From an uncultured bacterium (lineage in GTDB: Bacteria; Auribacterota; Erginobacteria; Erginobacterales; Erginobacteraceae), in assembly GCA_963822585.1 (NCBI GenBank), contig CAWGIE010000019.1:320001-384000 (forward strand): 64,000 nucleotides of DNA. Direction: 5' to 3'. Positions 23,890-32,851 of this stretch are shown piece by piece (the first letter of the stretch is position 1; each line of letters starts with the position of its first letter). Below the pieces are notes generated by a model. The model saw only the letters and a list, made by a program, of their open reading frames with translations. It was not told the origin of the DNA and searched no databases. Made by a program: the position numbers and the translations under genes.

Positions 23890-24975
23890 ATGAAGAAAAA
23901 TATATTCGTTGTCATAATGGTTATGCTGGCCGGAGGCTGGCTGGCCTGTGGATGCGGAGAAAAGGCGTCGGAAAAGACCACGCCGGCAAATGAGCCCGGA
24001 CAAGCCCGGATTCAGACAGTGGCGCCGGATGCGATCGTGGTGACCGTCAACGGCAAAGAGATCACGGGAGCGAGCTTCAACCAGCAATTGAGCGCCCTGC
24101 TCCAGCAATATTCTCTCCGGATTCCGCCCGATCAGCTGACTAAAATGCAGCCGATGCTCCGCCAGCAGGCAGTGGCAACCCTGGTCAATCAGGAGCTTAT
24201 GTTGGAAGATGCGGAGCGGGAGGGGATCGTGCCGGATGAAAAAGCCGTTGATGCTGAGATCGAGAAGATTGTGGAGCAATTTCCGAGTCGGGAGGAACTG
24301 GATGCCCAGATGAAACGCGCCGGCGTTACCATGGATAATCTCCGGCAGGACATCACCCGCAATTTGAAGATCCAGATGCTGGTTGACAAACTATTTTCCC
24401 CGGACACTAAAGCGACCGATGAAGAGATTCTCGCCTTCTATAATGATAATCCGGATCAGTTTCAGCAGCCCGAGCAAGTCGAGGCCAGCCATATCTTGAT
24501 CAAGGTCGAGCCGGAGGATACCGACGCACAGAAAGCGGAAAAGCGTGAGCAGCTGGCCGCCCTTCAGCAACAGATCGCCGGGGGCGCCGACTTTGCCGCG
24601 CTGGCCGAAGCCAACTCACAGGATGTCGGAAGCGCTCAGAAAGGAGGTTCACTGGGATATTTCGGTCGCGGGATGATGATCAAGCCGTTTGAAGACACGG
24701 CCTTCGCCCTGCAGTCGGGAGAGGTCAGCGATATCGTGGAAACCCGCTTCGGCTATCACCTGATCAAGGTCACCGGAAAGAAAGAAGCCGGTATCGTTCC
24801 CCTCGAAGAAGTAAAGGAACAGGTCGGTGTCTTTCTGGTCAATCAGAAGAGACAGCAGGCCATCGGTGAATTTCTCAAAAAGCTCCATGAAGGGGCGTCG
24901 ATCGAATACGGCCAGGACTTTCAGCCGGTAATGCCGCCCACGGGGCAGTTTCCGCCGCCCCAGCCGTCGGAATAG
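23890..24975 (+). CDS. SurA/PrsA-like parvulin peptidyl-prolyl isomerase (probable lipoprotein)
   Basis: VNGKEI SurA_N-like region; ASHILIK, DFAALA, GGSLGYF and TRFGYHLIK motifs. Confidence 0.92.
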   Translation: MKKNIFVVIMVMLAGGWLACGCGEKASEKTTPANEPGQARIQTVAPDAIVVTVNGKEITGASFNQQLSALLQQYSLRIPPDQLTKMQPMLRQQAVATLVNQELMLEDAEREGIVPDEKAVDAEIEKIVEQFPSREELDAQMKRAGVTMDNLRQDITRNLKIQMLVDKLFSPDTKATDEEILAFYNDNPDQFQQPEQVEASHILIKVEPEDTDAQKAEKREQLAALQQQIAGGADFAALAEANSQDVGSAQKGGSLGYFGRGMMIKPFEDTAFALQSGEVSDIVETRFGYHLIKVTGKKEAGIVPLEEVKEQVGVFLVNQKRQQAIGEFLKKLHEGASIEYGQDFQPVMPPTGQFPPPQPSE

Positions 24976-25003
24976 GACTGGACGATTAAGGGCGAAATAA
25001 TTG

Positions 25004-25049
25004 AAAGACTTCTCGTTCCCGCGTGAAACGCGGGAACGAGAAGTCTTTT
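25004..25049 (+). terminator. Intrinsic terminator (possibly bidirectional)
   Basis: Perfect stem AAAGACTTCTCGTTCCCGCG / CGCGGGAACGAGAAGTCTTT directly after the PPIase gene. Confidence 0.85.
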
Positions 25050-25167
25050 ATTATAAATCTGGTCCCTTAACGACATTTAGCCTGATATCCTTCGCGTGGA
25101 TAAAAACAACTTCCCGAGTTATTTTTTCGCCGCCGATTAAGACTTCGGGGCGGAGAGAAAAAATAAG

Positions 25168-26496
25168 ATGAAAAATCGGAAGGCTGAAATACTCCTGAAA
25201 AAGATCGATGACCGTACCTCTCGTGTCGGAGTGATCGGGCTCGGGTACGTGGGACTCCCGCTGGCGATCGAGTTCTCCCGGGCTGGATTTCCGGTCACCG
25301 GATTCGATCTCGATGAAACCAAGGTGAGAAAGATCATCGCCGGCAAAAGTTATATCAAGCATATTTCGGACAATGCCGTCCGGGAACTCACCGGACACGG
25401 CAGCCCTCCCGCGACCACCGATTTCAACCTGCTTCGGAAGATGGACTGCATCCTGATCTGCGTGCCTACGCCCCTGACCAGCCATCAGGAGCCGGACATG
25501 ACCTATATCGAGGCCACCGTGGCCGTGATCGCCCGGCAGCTCCGTTCCGGGCAGCTCATTGTTCTTGAGAGTACCACCTACCCCGGCACCACCCGGGAGG
25601 TGGTAGCGCCGCCCCTGGAAAGGAAAGGCTTCACCGCGGGAAAAGATTTTTTCCTGGCTTTCTCGCCCGAACGGGAAGACCCGGGGAATCCCCATTTCTC
25701 CACCAGCTCCATCCCCAAGGTCGTGGGAGGGGTGAACCGTAATTCGCTCCAACTCGCCCGGGCCCTGTACGGAACCATTGTTCCGGCCACGATACCGGTT
25801 TCCAGCCCTGACGCGGCCGAGGCCACCAAACTGCTGGAGAATATCTACCGGTCAATCAACATCGCCCTCGTCAACGAGCTGAAGATAGTTTTTGAGAAGA
25901 TGGGTATCGATATCTGGGAGGTCATCGAGGCGGCCTCTTCCAAGCCGTTCGGGTATTCCCCTTTCTACCCCGGTCCGGGACTGGGTGGCCACTGCATCCC
26001 CATCGATCCCTTCTATCTCACCTGGCGGGCACGGGAGTTCGATATCCCCACCCGTTTCATCCAGTTGGCCGGAGAGATCAATACCGCGATGCCCGGACGG
26101 GTGATCGATCGGCTGGTCGAGGCACTGAATGAAGCGGGAAAAAGCCTCCGGGGCAGTCGGATTCTCCTGCTGGGGGTCGCTTATAAAAATGACGTCGATG
26201 ACATGCGCGAATCGCCCGCGCTTCGCCTGATAGAGCTTCTGTTGGAAGGCGGGGCGGTGGTGGAATATCATGACCCCTATGTCCCTGTCCTCCCCCTGAC
26301 CCGAAAATACCGGTACCGGATGAAATCGGTACCCCTGACGGCCGCCCGGCTGCAAAAAGCCGAGGCGGTTCTCATCGCTACCGCTCATACCGCTGTCGAT
26401 TACCGTCAGATCGGACGGCATGCCTCCCTCATCGTCGATACCCGGAATGCCATGGCCCAGGTGGGGCGTGTGAACGCCCGCGTCGTCCGGGCCTGA
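25168..26496 (+). CDS. UDP-N-acetylhexosamine/nucleotide-sugar dehydrogenase (WbpA/WecC family)
   Basis: GLGYVGLP, CVPTP, LESTTYPGTT, FSPER, GGHCIPIDP and YKNDVDDMRESP motifs. Confidence 0.93.
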   Translation: MKNRKAEILLKKIDDRTSRVGVIGLGYVGLPLAIEFSRAGFPVTGFDLDETKVRKIIAGKSYIKHISDNAVRELTGHGSPPATTDFNLLRKMDCILICVPTPLTSHQEPDMTYIEATVAVIARQLRSGQLIVLESTTYPGTTREVVAPPLERKGFTAGKDFFLAFSPEREDPGNPHFSTSSIPKVVGGVNRNSLQLARALYGTIVPATIPVSSPDAAEATKLLENIYRSINIALVNELKIVFEKMGIDIWEVIEAASSKPFGYSPFYPGPGLGGHCIPIDPFYLTWRAREFDIPTRFIQLAGEINTAMPGRVIDRLVEALNEAGKSLRGSRILLLGVAYKNDVDDMRESPALRLIELLLEGGAVVEYHDPYVPVLPLTRKYRYRMKSVPLTAARLQKAEAVLIATAHTAVDYRQIGRHASLIVDTRNAMAQVGRVNARVVRA

Positions 26497-27073
26497 ATCG
26501 TTTTGTCGTTGTCTTTTTAAGGTTGCACCTTCGCTGTTCATCTCGTTGACCTTCTCTCCGCTTTTCTTTTTCCGCCCGGCGCTACTCACCGGAAGGGAAA
26601 AGAAAAAAATGGACCGTCCGATTTTTTCCCGATAGTATTAACCCGATTTATTCACAAATCGATTTACCACTCTGGCCGTATATCGGTAGTGACAGATGGC
26701 TCCTGCAGTGAGGTATACCTTTTGCGACGTCGCCTTCTGGAAGTAATTTTGGTTTAAGCAACAGCCCCCGGTTGCTTCAATCGGAGGGCTCCCCTAAATG
26801 AGCGAGCGCAGCTCGCTCATTTACTGCTTCGGAATTAAAGCCTGAGGCTGATGCGCCTCTGGCACACAATAATCTTATTTTTTTCTACCCCGATTACTGC
26901 TTCGGGGGAGGCCGAAAAAATAAGCATGTGCAAGCATTGAACCGCCAATGCTGGGATATTTTAAAGAAAATTCGTGTAATCCTTCGGCTACGCTCAGGAC
27001 AAGTTTCGCGTAATTCGTAGTTTTATTTAGTCGCCCGAGCGAAGCGAGGGCTAAGTTCCAAAGGAGGAGACTG

Positions 27074-28405
27074 ATGAAGCTATTTCCGGCAGCAGCACTT
27101 CTGGTCTTGGTATCAGCCGCGACCGCAGCCCCGGGGGAAGAGACGGTCACCCGCGAGGAGTTCGAGAAACTCAAGGCGGAATTGGCCGAACTGAAAACCA
27201 AAGTGGAACCCGTCGTGACCGCACACACCCCAACGGAAAAACTTACCGACGAGAATATGATATTCGGTGAATACTGGCAGGACGGTCTGCACTTCGCGAG
27301 CAAAGATGGAGCCTTCGACATCCGGATTGGAGGGAGGATCAATGTCGACGGCGCTTTCTTCGGCAGCGACGAAGGGATGAAAGAGGCGGCAGCCGACATC
27401 CCGGACAACGATTCCTTTGAGGGTGGATGGGAGCTTCGGCATCCCCGGATCTACTTAAAAGGCACTCTTTATGAACGTTTCATCTATAAGGTCGAGTATA
27501 CCTTTTCCGACGAAACCATCGGCGATGCCTATCTCGGAGCAGCGGAGGTGCCGGTCCTGGGAACGGTCATTATCGGCAAAGCCGCCCGGGCTTTCGGTCT
27601 TGATCCGGGTCCCAGCAGTAATTACACACTCTTCATGGAATATGCCAATACGATCGTTTTCGGAGCCGGGAAGCAGGTAGGCCTGGCGGCGGGGGCACCG
27701 GTCTTCGACAGCCGCGCTTCCTGGGCGGCTCAGGTGTTCCAGTTCGGGGACGGAAAAGGGTTGCGGACCGAGGACAACTACAACCTGAATCTTCGGCTCA
27801 CCGGACTCCCCTGGTATCGGGAGGGGGGACGCGAGATGCTGCATCTCGGTATCAGCTACAGCTTCTGGTCTTCCAAAGACGATTACCAGCTCCGCGCCCA
27901 GCCGGAGAACCACCTTGCTCCCTACCTGGTCGATACCGGTGATATCGATATGGAATACGCCAATAACTCTGCCCTCGAAGCGGCCTGGGTGACGGGACCG
28001 TTCACGCTGGAAGGAGAGTGGTACGCGTCTGTGGTGGAACGGGAAGAGGATCTTTCCAGCCTCTTATTTTCCGGATTTTACGTCCAGAGTAGTTTCTTCC
28101 TGACCGGTGAGTCACGGGGGGAACAATACGTTACCTCCTATGGAGAGTTTGACTCCCCCGTCCGCCCCCGCCTGAACGCCGATTTTAAAAAGGGGGGTTG
28201 GGGCGCCTGGGAGCTGGCGGCCCGGTACTCCTATCTTGATCTTACTGATGATGACATCCGGGGCGGTTGCCTCGGAGACCTGACTCTGGGGCTGAACTGG
28301 CAGCTCAACCCCAACCTGCGCTGGATGCTGAACTATATTCACGCCCACCGGAATGGTTTTGGGGATGCGGACATTGCGGCGACGCGGTTTGCCGTGAATA
28401 TATAG
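27074..28405 (+). CDS. Phosphate-selective porin OprO/OprP family
   Basis: Signal peptide, coiled-coil N-terminus, GFYVQSSFFLTGE, GAWELAARYSYLDL and TLGLNW motifs. Confidence 0.88.
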   Translation: MKLFPAAALLVLVSAATAAPGEETVTREEFEKLKAELAELKTKVEPVVTAHTPTEKLTDENMIFGEYWQDGLHFASKDGAFDIRIGGRINVDGAFFGSDEGMKEAAADIPDNDSFEGGWELRHPRIYLKGTLYERFIYKVEYTFSDETIGDAYLGAAEVPVLGTVIIGKAARAFGLDPGPSSNYTLFMEYANTIVFGAGKQVGLAAGAPVFDSRASWAAQVFQFGDGKGLRTEDNYNLNLRLTGLPWYREGGREMLHLGISYSFWSSKDDYQLRAQPENHLAPYLVDTGDIDMEYANNSALEAAWVTGPFTLEGEWYASVVEREEDLSSLLFSGFYVQSSFFLTGESRGEQYVTSYGEFDSPVRPRLNADFKKGGWGAWELAARYSYLDLTDDDIRGGCLGDLTLGLNWQLNPNLRWMLNYIHAHRNGFGDADIAATRFAVNI

Positions 28406-28564
28406 AGAATAGGGAGGAAATCGGGGTTCCCTGTAGAAAGATGGAATAATGGAGTGATGGAATATTGGAGTAATGGATCGAGGCCGGCGGCTCTTCAATA
28501 CTCCATCACTCCACCACTCCATCACTCCATTATGCATGACCTATCAGAAAAAGGATCGGACCGA

Positions 28565-29203
28565 TTGAAAACCTCATTTTCGAATCTTCATCTTATAGAC
28601 CATCCGCTGATCCGGCAGAAACTCTACTTCCTGCGGGCGAAGACAACCAGCAGCCTGAATTTCCGGGCCATAATCAATGAGGTCGCCGCCCTGATGGTGT
28701 ACGAGGTGACCCGGGACCTCCCGGTCGAGGAACGGCCGGTGGAGACTCCTTTGGAAGCCACAACCGGGTACATCTTGGCCCGGCCGGTTACCCTGGTTCC
28801 CATCCTTCGGGCCGGACTGGGCATGTGTGACGGCATCCTGTCTCTTATTCCCAACGCCCGGGTTGGCCATATCGGCATCTACCGTGACCACAAGACCTTT
28901 CAGCCCATCCGGTATTACCTGAAGTTCCCCCCCGACATCGCCGAGACGATGGTGTTTATCATCGATCCGATGCTGGCCACCGGCGGTAGCGCCGCCGCCG
29001 CGATAGATTATGTGAAGGATGCCGGCGCCGACTCGATCAGCTTCGTCTGCCTGGTGGCAGCTCCCGAGGGGGTCCGTCTCCTGGAGGAGAGACACCCTAA
29101 TGTTCCCGTCTACACGGCGGCGCTCGACCGCCAGCTGAACAAGGCCGCCTATATCCTGCCCGGCCTCGGTGACGCCGGCGACCGGATCTACGGGACCCAG
29201 TAA
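28565..29203 (+). CDS. upp: Uracil phosphoribosyltransferase
   Basis: HPLI, VPILRAGLGM, DPMLATGGS and YILPGLGDAGDR motifs; TTG start at 28565 inferred. Confidence 0.96.
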   Translation: MKTSFSNLHLIDHPLIRQKLYFLRAKTTSSLNFRAIINEVAALMVYEVTRDLPVEERPVETPLEATTGYILARPVTLVPILRAGLGMCDGILSLIPNARVGHIGIYRDHKTFQPIRYYLKFPPDIAETMVFIIDPMLATGGSAAAAIDYVKDAGADSISFVCLVAAPEGVRLLEERHPNVPVYTAALDRQLNKAAYILPGLGDAGDRIYGTQ

Positions 29204-29516
29204 ATCAATTAATAAAGGAAACACAAAAGATTAACCGATCACCGCCGGGTTTACCCCGGCGGGATCATGACTGATGACTAAACAGGAACTGCATACCCCT
29301 CCGCCCCTTCACGCGGGGGGAGAAGATTGGAACGGCGTGAAAAATATATCGCATTATACCGGCTAATTAAGGTATATGATTCTTGCATATCCCCCGTATC
29401 GGTGCTTGTATAGAATCAGAATTTCGAAGAGCCGGGGAATAATATAGCCTGAAACACCGCTGAATCAGAGCAACCTTACTGTCGCGGAACATGCACTATC
29501 GGAGAAAGATGCACCT

Positions 29517-30506
29517 ATGATACTGACCGGCTTTAAAGGACGATCGTTGCTTACCCTCAGGGAGTTCTCACCGGAAGAGATCGAAACCCTCCTCCGGTTC
29601 TCCATCGGTTTAAAAGAGGAGAAGGCGGCCGGAACGCGGAAACTGAGATTGGAAGGGAAAAATATCGCCCTCATTTTCGAGAAGCCGTCCACCCGGACCC
29701 GCTGCGCGTTCGTCGTGGCGGCCAGCGATGAGGGCGCCCACCCGGAGTACCTGGGAAAGGGAGACATCCAGCTCGGGAAAAAGGAGACCGTCAAGGACAC
29801 CGCCCGGGTCCTGGGAAGACTCTTTGACGGCATCCAGTTCCGCGGTTTCAAGCACGAGACCGTCGAGGAACTGGCCCGGTTTTCCGGGGTACCGGTCTGG
29901 AACGGCCTGACCGATCGTTTTCACCCCACCCAGGCGCTGGCCGACCTGATGACCATCCTCGAGCGGAAGGGAAAACTGCGGGGAGTCGGATTAGCGTATG
30001 TCGGCGACGGGCGGAACAACGTGGCGAACTCCCTGATGCTGGCCGCGGCCAAGATGGGGATGGACTTCAGAATCGTCGCCCCGGAGTCTCTCTTCCCCGG
30101 AGAAGATCTTGCCGGGGAAGCCCGGCAGGCGGCCGAGGAGCGGGGCGGAACCGTTACCGTCACCGCGGATATCGCCGAAGGGGTCGGCGGGGCCGAGGTA
30201 ATCTACACCGATGTCTGGGCTTCCATGGGTGAAGAAGACGCGATCAGGGAACGGATCCGTCTCCTCGCCCCCTACCGCGTCGACAGCCGGCTCATGGAGA
30301 TGACCGGTCGCCCTGACGCCCTTTTCTTGCACTGCCTGCCCTGCTTTCACAATACCGATACCGACCTCTCCCGTGAACACCCGGACATCTGTGAAGCGAC
30401 CGATGATGTCTTTGAAAGTCCCGGTTCCGTCGTCTTCGACCAGGCGGAGAATCGGATGCACACCATCAAAGCGGTCATGGTAGCCACACTGACGGGTATG
30501 GACTAA
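29517..30506 (+). CDS. argF: Ornithine carbamoyltransferase
   Basis: STRT, HPTQ, DVWASMG, HCLP and QAENRMH motifs. Confidence 0.94.
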   Translation: MILTGFKGRSLLTLREFSPEEIETLLRFSIGLKEEKAAGTRKLRLEGKNIALIFEKPSTRTRCAFVVAASDEGAHPEYLGKGDIQLGKKETVKDTARVLGRLFDGIQFRGFKHETVEELARFSGVPVWNGLTDRFHPTQALADLMTILERKGKLRGVGLAYVGDGRNNVANSLMLAAAKMGMDFRIVAPESLFPGEDLAGEARQAAEERGGTVTVTADIAEGVGGAEVIYTDVWASMGEEDAIRERIRLLAPYRVDSRLMEMTGRPDALFLHCLPCFHNTDTDLSREHPDICEATDDVFESPGSVVFDQAENRMHTIKAVMVATLTGMD

Positions 30507-30586
30507 AGCCGCTTGGGGAGCCGCTCATCGATCGGATCGACTGCGGCATCCCCTTATCAACGGGATTTTTCAGCAGCGGGGGTATT

Positions 30587-31903
30587 ATGGATAGGGTGCC
30601 GATAACCGGCTTACCCCACGAGAGGCTCTGTCTTCTCATTGTCTTCTTTTTTATTGTGTCATCCCGCCTCATCCACGCCGACACACCTTCTCCCCCTTCT
30701 TCCCCTCTCGATACTTTTGTAGACGGTATGTTCCAGGCCAAGTTCCGCACCTATTATATCAACCGGAAATTCGACAAGATCGGGGGAGAACCCGAACGCC
30801 GGATCCAGGAAAGCCTGGCGGCCGGCGGCTGGCTGGGATACGAGACGGCGGATTTTCACGGTCTCGGCCTGGGCACTGTGATCTACACCTCCCAGGGGGT
30901 CCTGGTCAACAACCCCAACTTCGGCGGCGGCGGCATCCTGGGTCCGGATAACGAAAGCTACAGCGCGCTCGGCCAGGCCTACCTCCAGTACCGTCTCGCC
31001 GGCTCCACCTTCCGGCTCTACCGCCAGGGTATCAATACCCCTTTTATCAACGACTATGATACCAAGATGACGCCCCGCACCTGGGAGGCGTACACCCTCT
31101 ATAACCGCGATATCCCGGACCTCGCGCTGACGGCCTCTTTTATCCGCCAGATCAAGGGCTGGTACGATACGGACTTTCAGTATATGGGCGAGTTCATCAA
31201 CAATGATGGGACCTATCAGGTGACCAAGTCCAATATCCCGGTATCTCTGGCCGGTGGGGTCTGGACACCGTGCGAAAATTACACATTCCAGCTCTGGGAT
31301 TACTTCGCTTATGAGTATTTTAACGGTGTTTATCTACAGGGAAATTCCTCCTGGCCGCTTACGGAGGACGGGCTATCCCTGGGCCTGTCACTCCAGGGAT
31401 GGACGCAGCGCTCCGTGGGGGAAGAAGTCGGGGGGGATTTCAGTACCTGTTTCGGCGGCGGAGAGATCGGCCTGGGCTGGAAAGGATGGACGCTCTGCCT
31501 GATTTATACCGTCACCGATCGCAGTTACCGGGTCGTCAACCCCTGGGGGAACTCCTTCAGCCTTGGCTCCATCTTCGAGGAGGATTTCGACTATGCCGGC
31601 GAGGAGGCTTTTATCGTGGGGCTGGAATACGATTTCTCGGAAGCTCTACTCGACGGACTGACTGCGTCCGTTTATGCCTGCAACGGCGACACCCCGCAAT
31701 CCGGGCCCGGGGCGACGCCCAGTCAGAAAGAATATGATTTTTTTATCAAGTACCGCCCTGATCCCGACATCGAAGGCCTGCATCTGAAGATTGAGGGGGC
31801 GATCGTCGATACTGAACAGTCCTTCCCCGAGGGCGAGGACTATCATGATATCCGTTTCATCTTCAATTATGACTTCGGCTTCGGTATCAAACCGAACAGT
31901 TGA
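30587..31903 (+). CDS. OprD-family outer-membrane porin
   Basis: GGWLGYET, LGQAYLQY and RQxINTPFIN motifs; C-terminal RFIFNYDF beta-strand. Confidence 0.75.
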   Translation: MDRVPITGLPHERLCLLIVFFFIVSSRLIHADTPSPPSSPLDTFVDGMFQAKFRTYYINRKFDKIGGEPERRIQESLAAGGWLGYETADFHGLGLGTVIYTSQGVLVNNPNFGGGGILGPDNESYSALGQAYLQYRLAGSTFRLYRQGINTPFINDYDTKMTPRTWEAYTLYNRDIPDLALTASFIRQIKGWYDTDFQYMGEFINNDGTYQVTKSNIPVSLAGGVWTPCENYTFQLWDYFAYEYFNGVYLQGNSSWPLTEDGLSLGLSLQGWTQRSVGEEVGGDFSTCFGGGEIGLGWKGWTLCLIYTVTDRSYRVVNPWGNSFSLGSIFEEDFDYAGEEAFIVGLEYDFSEALLDGLTASVYACNGDTPQSGPGATPSQKEYDFFIKYRPDPDIEGLHLKIEGAIVDTEQSFPEGEDYHDIRFIFNYDFGFGIKPNS

Positions 31904-31973
31904 TCAACAGACATTAATCCCTTAAAACCACGAAGGACACGAAGAACACGAAGAAGAACATTATTAATTTTCT

Positions 31974-32010
31974 TGACACATAAATCGTATTATCGCAATA
32001 TCTGGATAAT
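31974..32010 (+). promoter_or_regulatory. Promoter with putative ArsR operator (second copy at 32323-32352)
   Basis: TTGACA followed by TAAATCGTATTATC; the same 14-mer recurs before the next gene. Confidence 0.65.
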
Positions 32011-32031
32011 TTAAAGCCGGCAGGGAAGAAA

Positions 32032-32310
32032 ATGATGATGAAAGACAGTCTCTGGTATCAAAAAAACGCGGATATTTTAAAAGCCCTGGCCCATCCCACG
32101 CGCCTCAAGATAGTGGACGGCTTGCTCCAGGATGCCTGCGGCGTCGGCAAGATCGTCCGGGGGCTGGGACTTCCCCAATCAACCGTCTCCCAGCATCTGG
32201 GAATACTCCGGAACCGGAAGATCATCGCCCCGGAAAAAGAAGGGGTGCGGACCTGTTACCGAATTTCCGACCCGCGCATTCAAAAGCTGTTGGAAGCTTT
32301 GAAAAAATAA
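32032..32310 (+). CDS. ArsR/SmtB-family transcriptional repressor
   Basis: LKALAHPTRLKI...QSTVSQHLGILR winged-helix signature. Confidence 0.93.
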   Translation: MMMKDSLWYQKNADILKALAHPTRLKIVDGLLQDACGVGKIVRGLGLPQSTVSQHLGILRNRKIIAPEKEGVRTCYRISDPRIQKLLEALKK

Positions 32311-32374
32311 TTTTTTACGCTTTAAATCGTATTATCTAGATATTTAAATATTATATAAAAAAGGAGGACCGCTG

Positions 32375-32851
32375 ATGAACTTCGTGCTGGGATTCATAGC
32401 CGCCCTGATCTGCCTCGCCGGCGGCGCGGCAATTATCCTGCCCCGGTCCGGAAAAATGTTTTTCATCAGGGACCGGAGCCGGCTGAGTTTCGAGGATACC
32501 CTGGAAAACATCAGAAAAAACGTTGATCTAAATTCGCGCGGCTGGTTTATAGAAAGCGAGAAAGACTTCAATCTGGCCTATATAAAAAAGCAGAAAGGGG
32601 AATTGCCTTTCCGGCTCCATGTATTTAAAATAGGGAACTCCGATCACTCATACCGGGTCAATTCGGCCTTCCCCGCGGTGGCCGTTTTCATGCCCGCGGC
32701 AATAGCGGTGGTGGGCCGGAAAAACGGGAATATCGATATTTACCGGAAGAACACCGGTTTGATGGGTCTCTTCTTCACCGGCATCGTCCGAGAGGTGATG
32801 AAAGACCAGGTACCGGTCGAACTGGACAAAATACTGGAGGGAGCGATTTAA
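32375..32851 (+). CDS. DUF302-like membrane-anchored protein
   Basis: AGGAGG RBS; N-terminal TM; SxLSFEDT and FMPxxIAV patterns. Confidence 0.6.
   Translation: MNFVLGFIAALICLAGGAAIILPRSGKMFFIRDRSRLSFEDTLENIRKNVDLNSRGWFIESEKDFNLAYIKKQKGELPFRLHVFKIGNSDHSYRVNSAFPAVAVFMPAAIAVVGRKNGNIDIYRKNTGLMGLFFTGIVREVMKDQVPVELDKILEGAI

Noticed and set aside
26936..26950. Sigma-54 promoter (minus strand TGGCGGTTCAATGC)
   Set aside because: GG-GC spacing is off by one and it points away from the porin gene.
29517..30506. Putrescine carbamoyltransferase linked to the amine operon
   Set aside because: It has the SMG loop typical of ornithine carbamoyltransferase and no agmatine deiminase neighbour.
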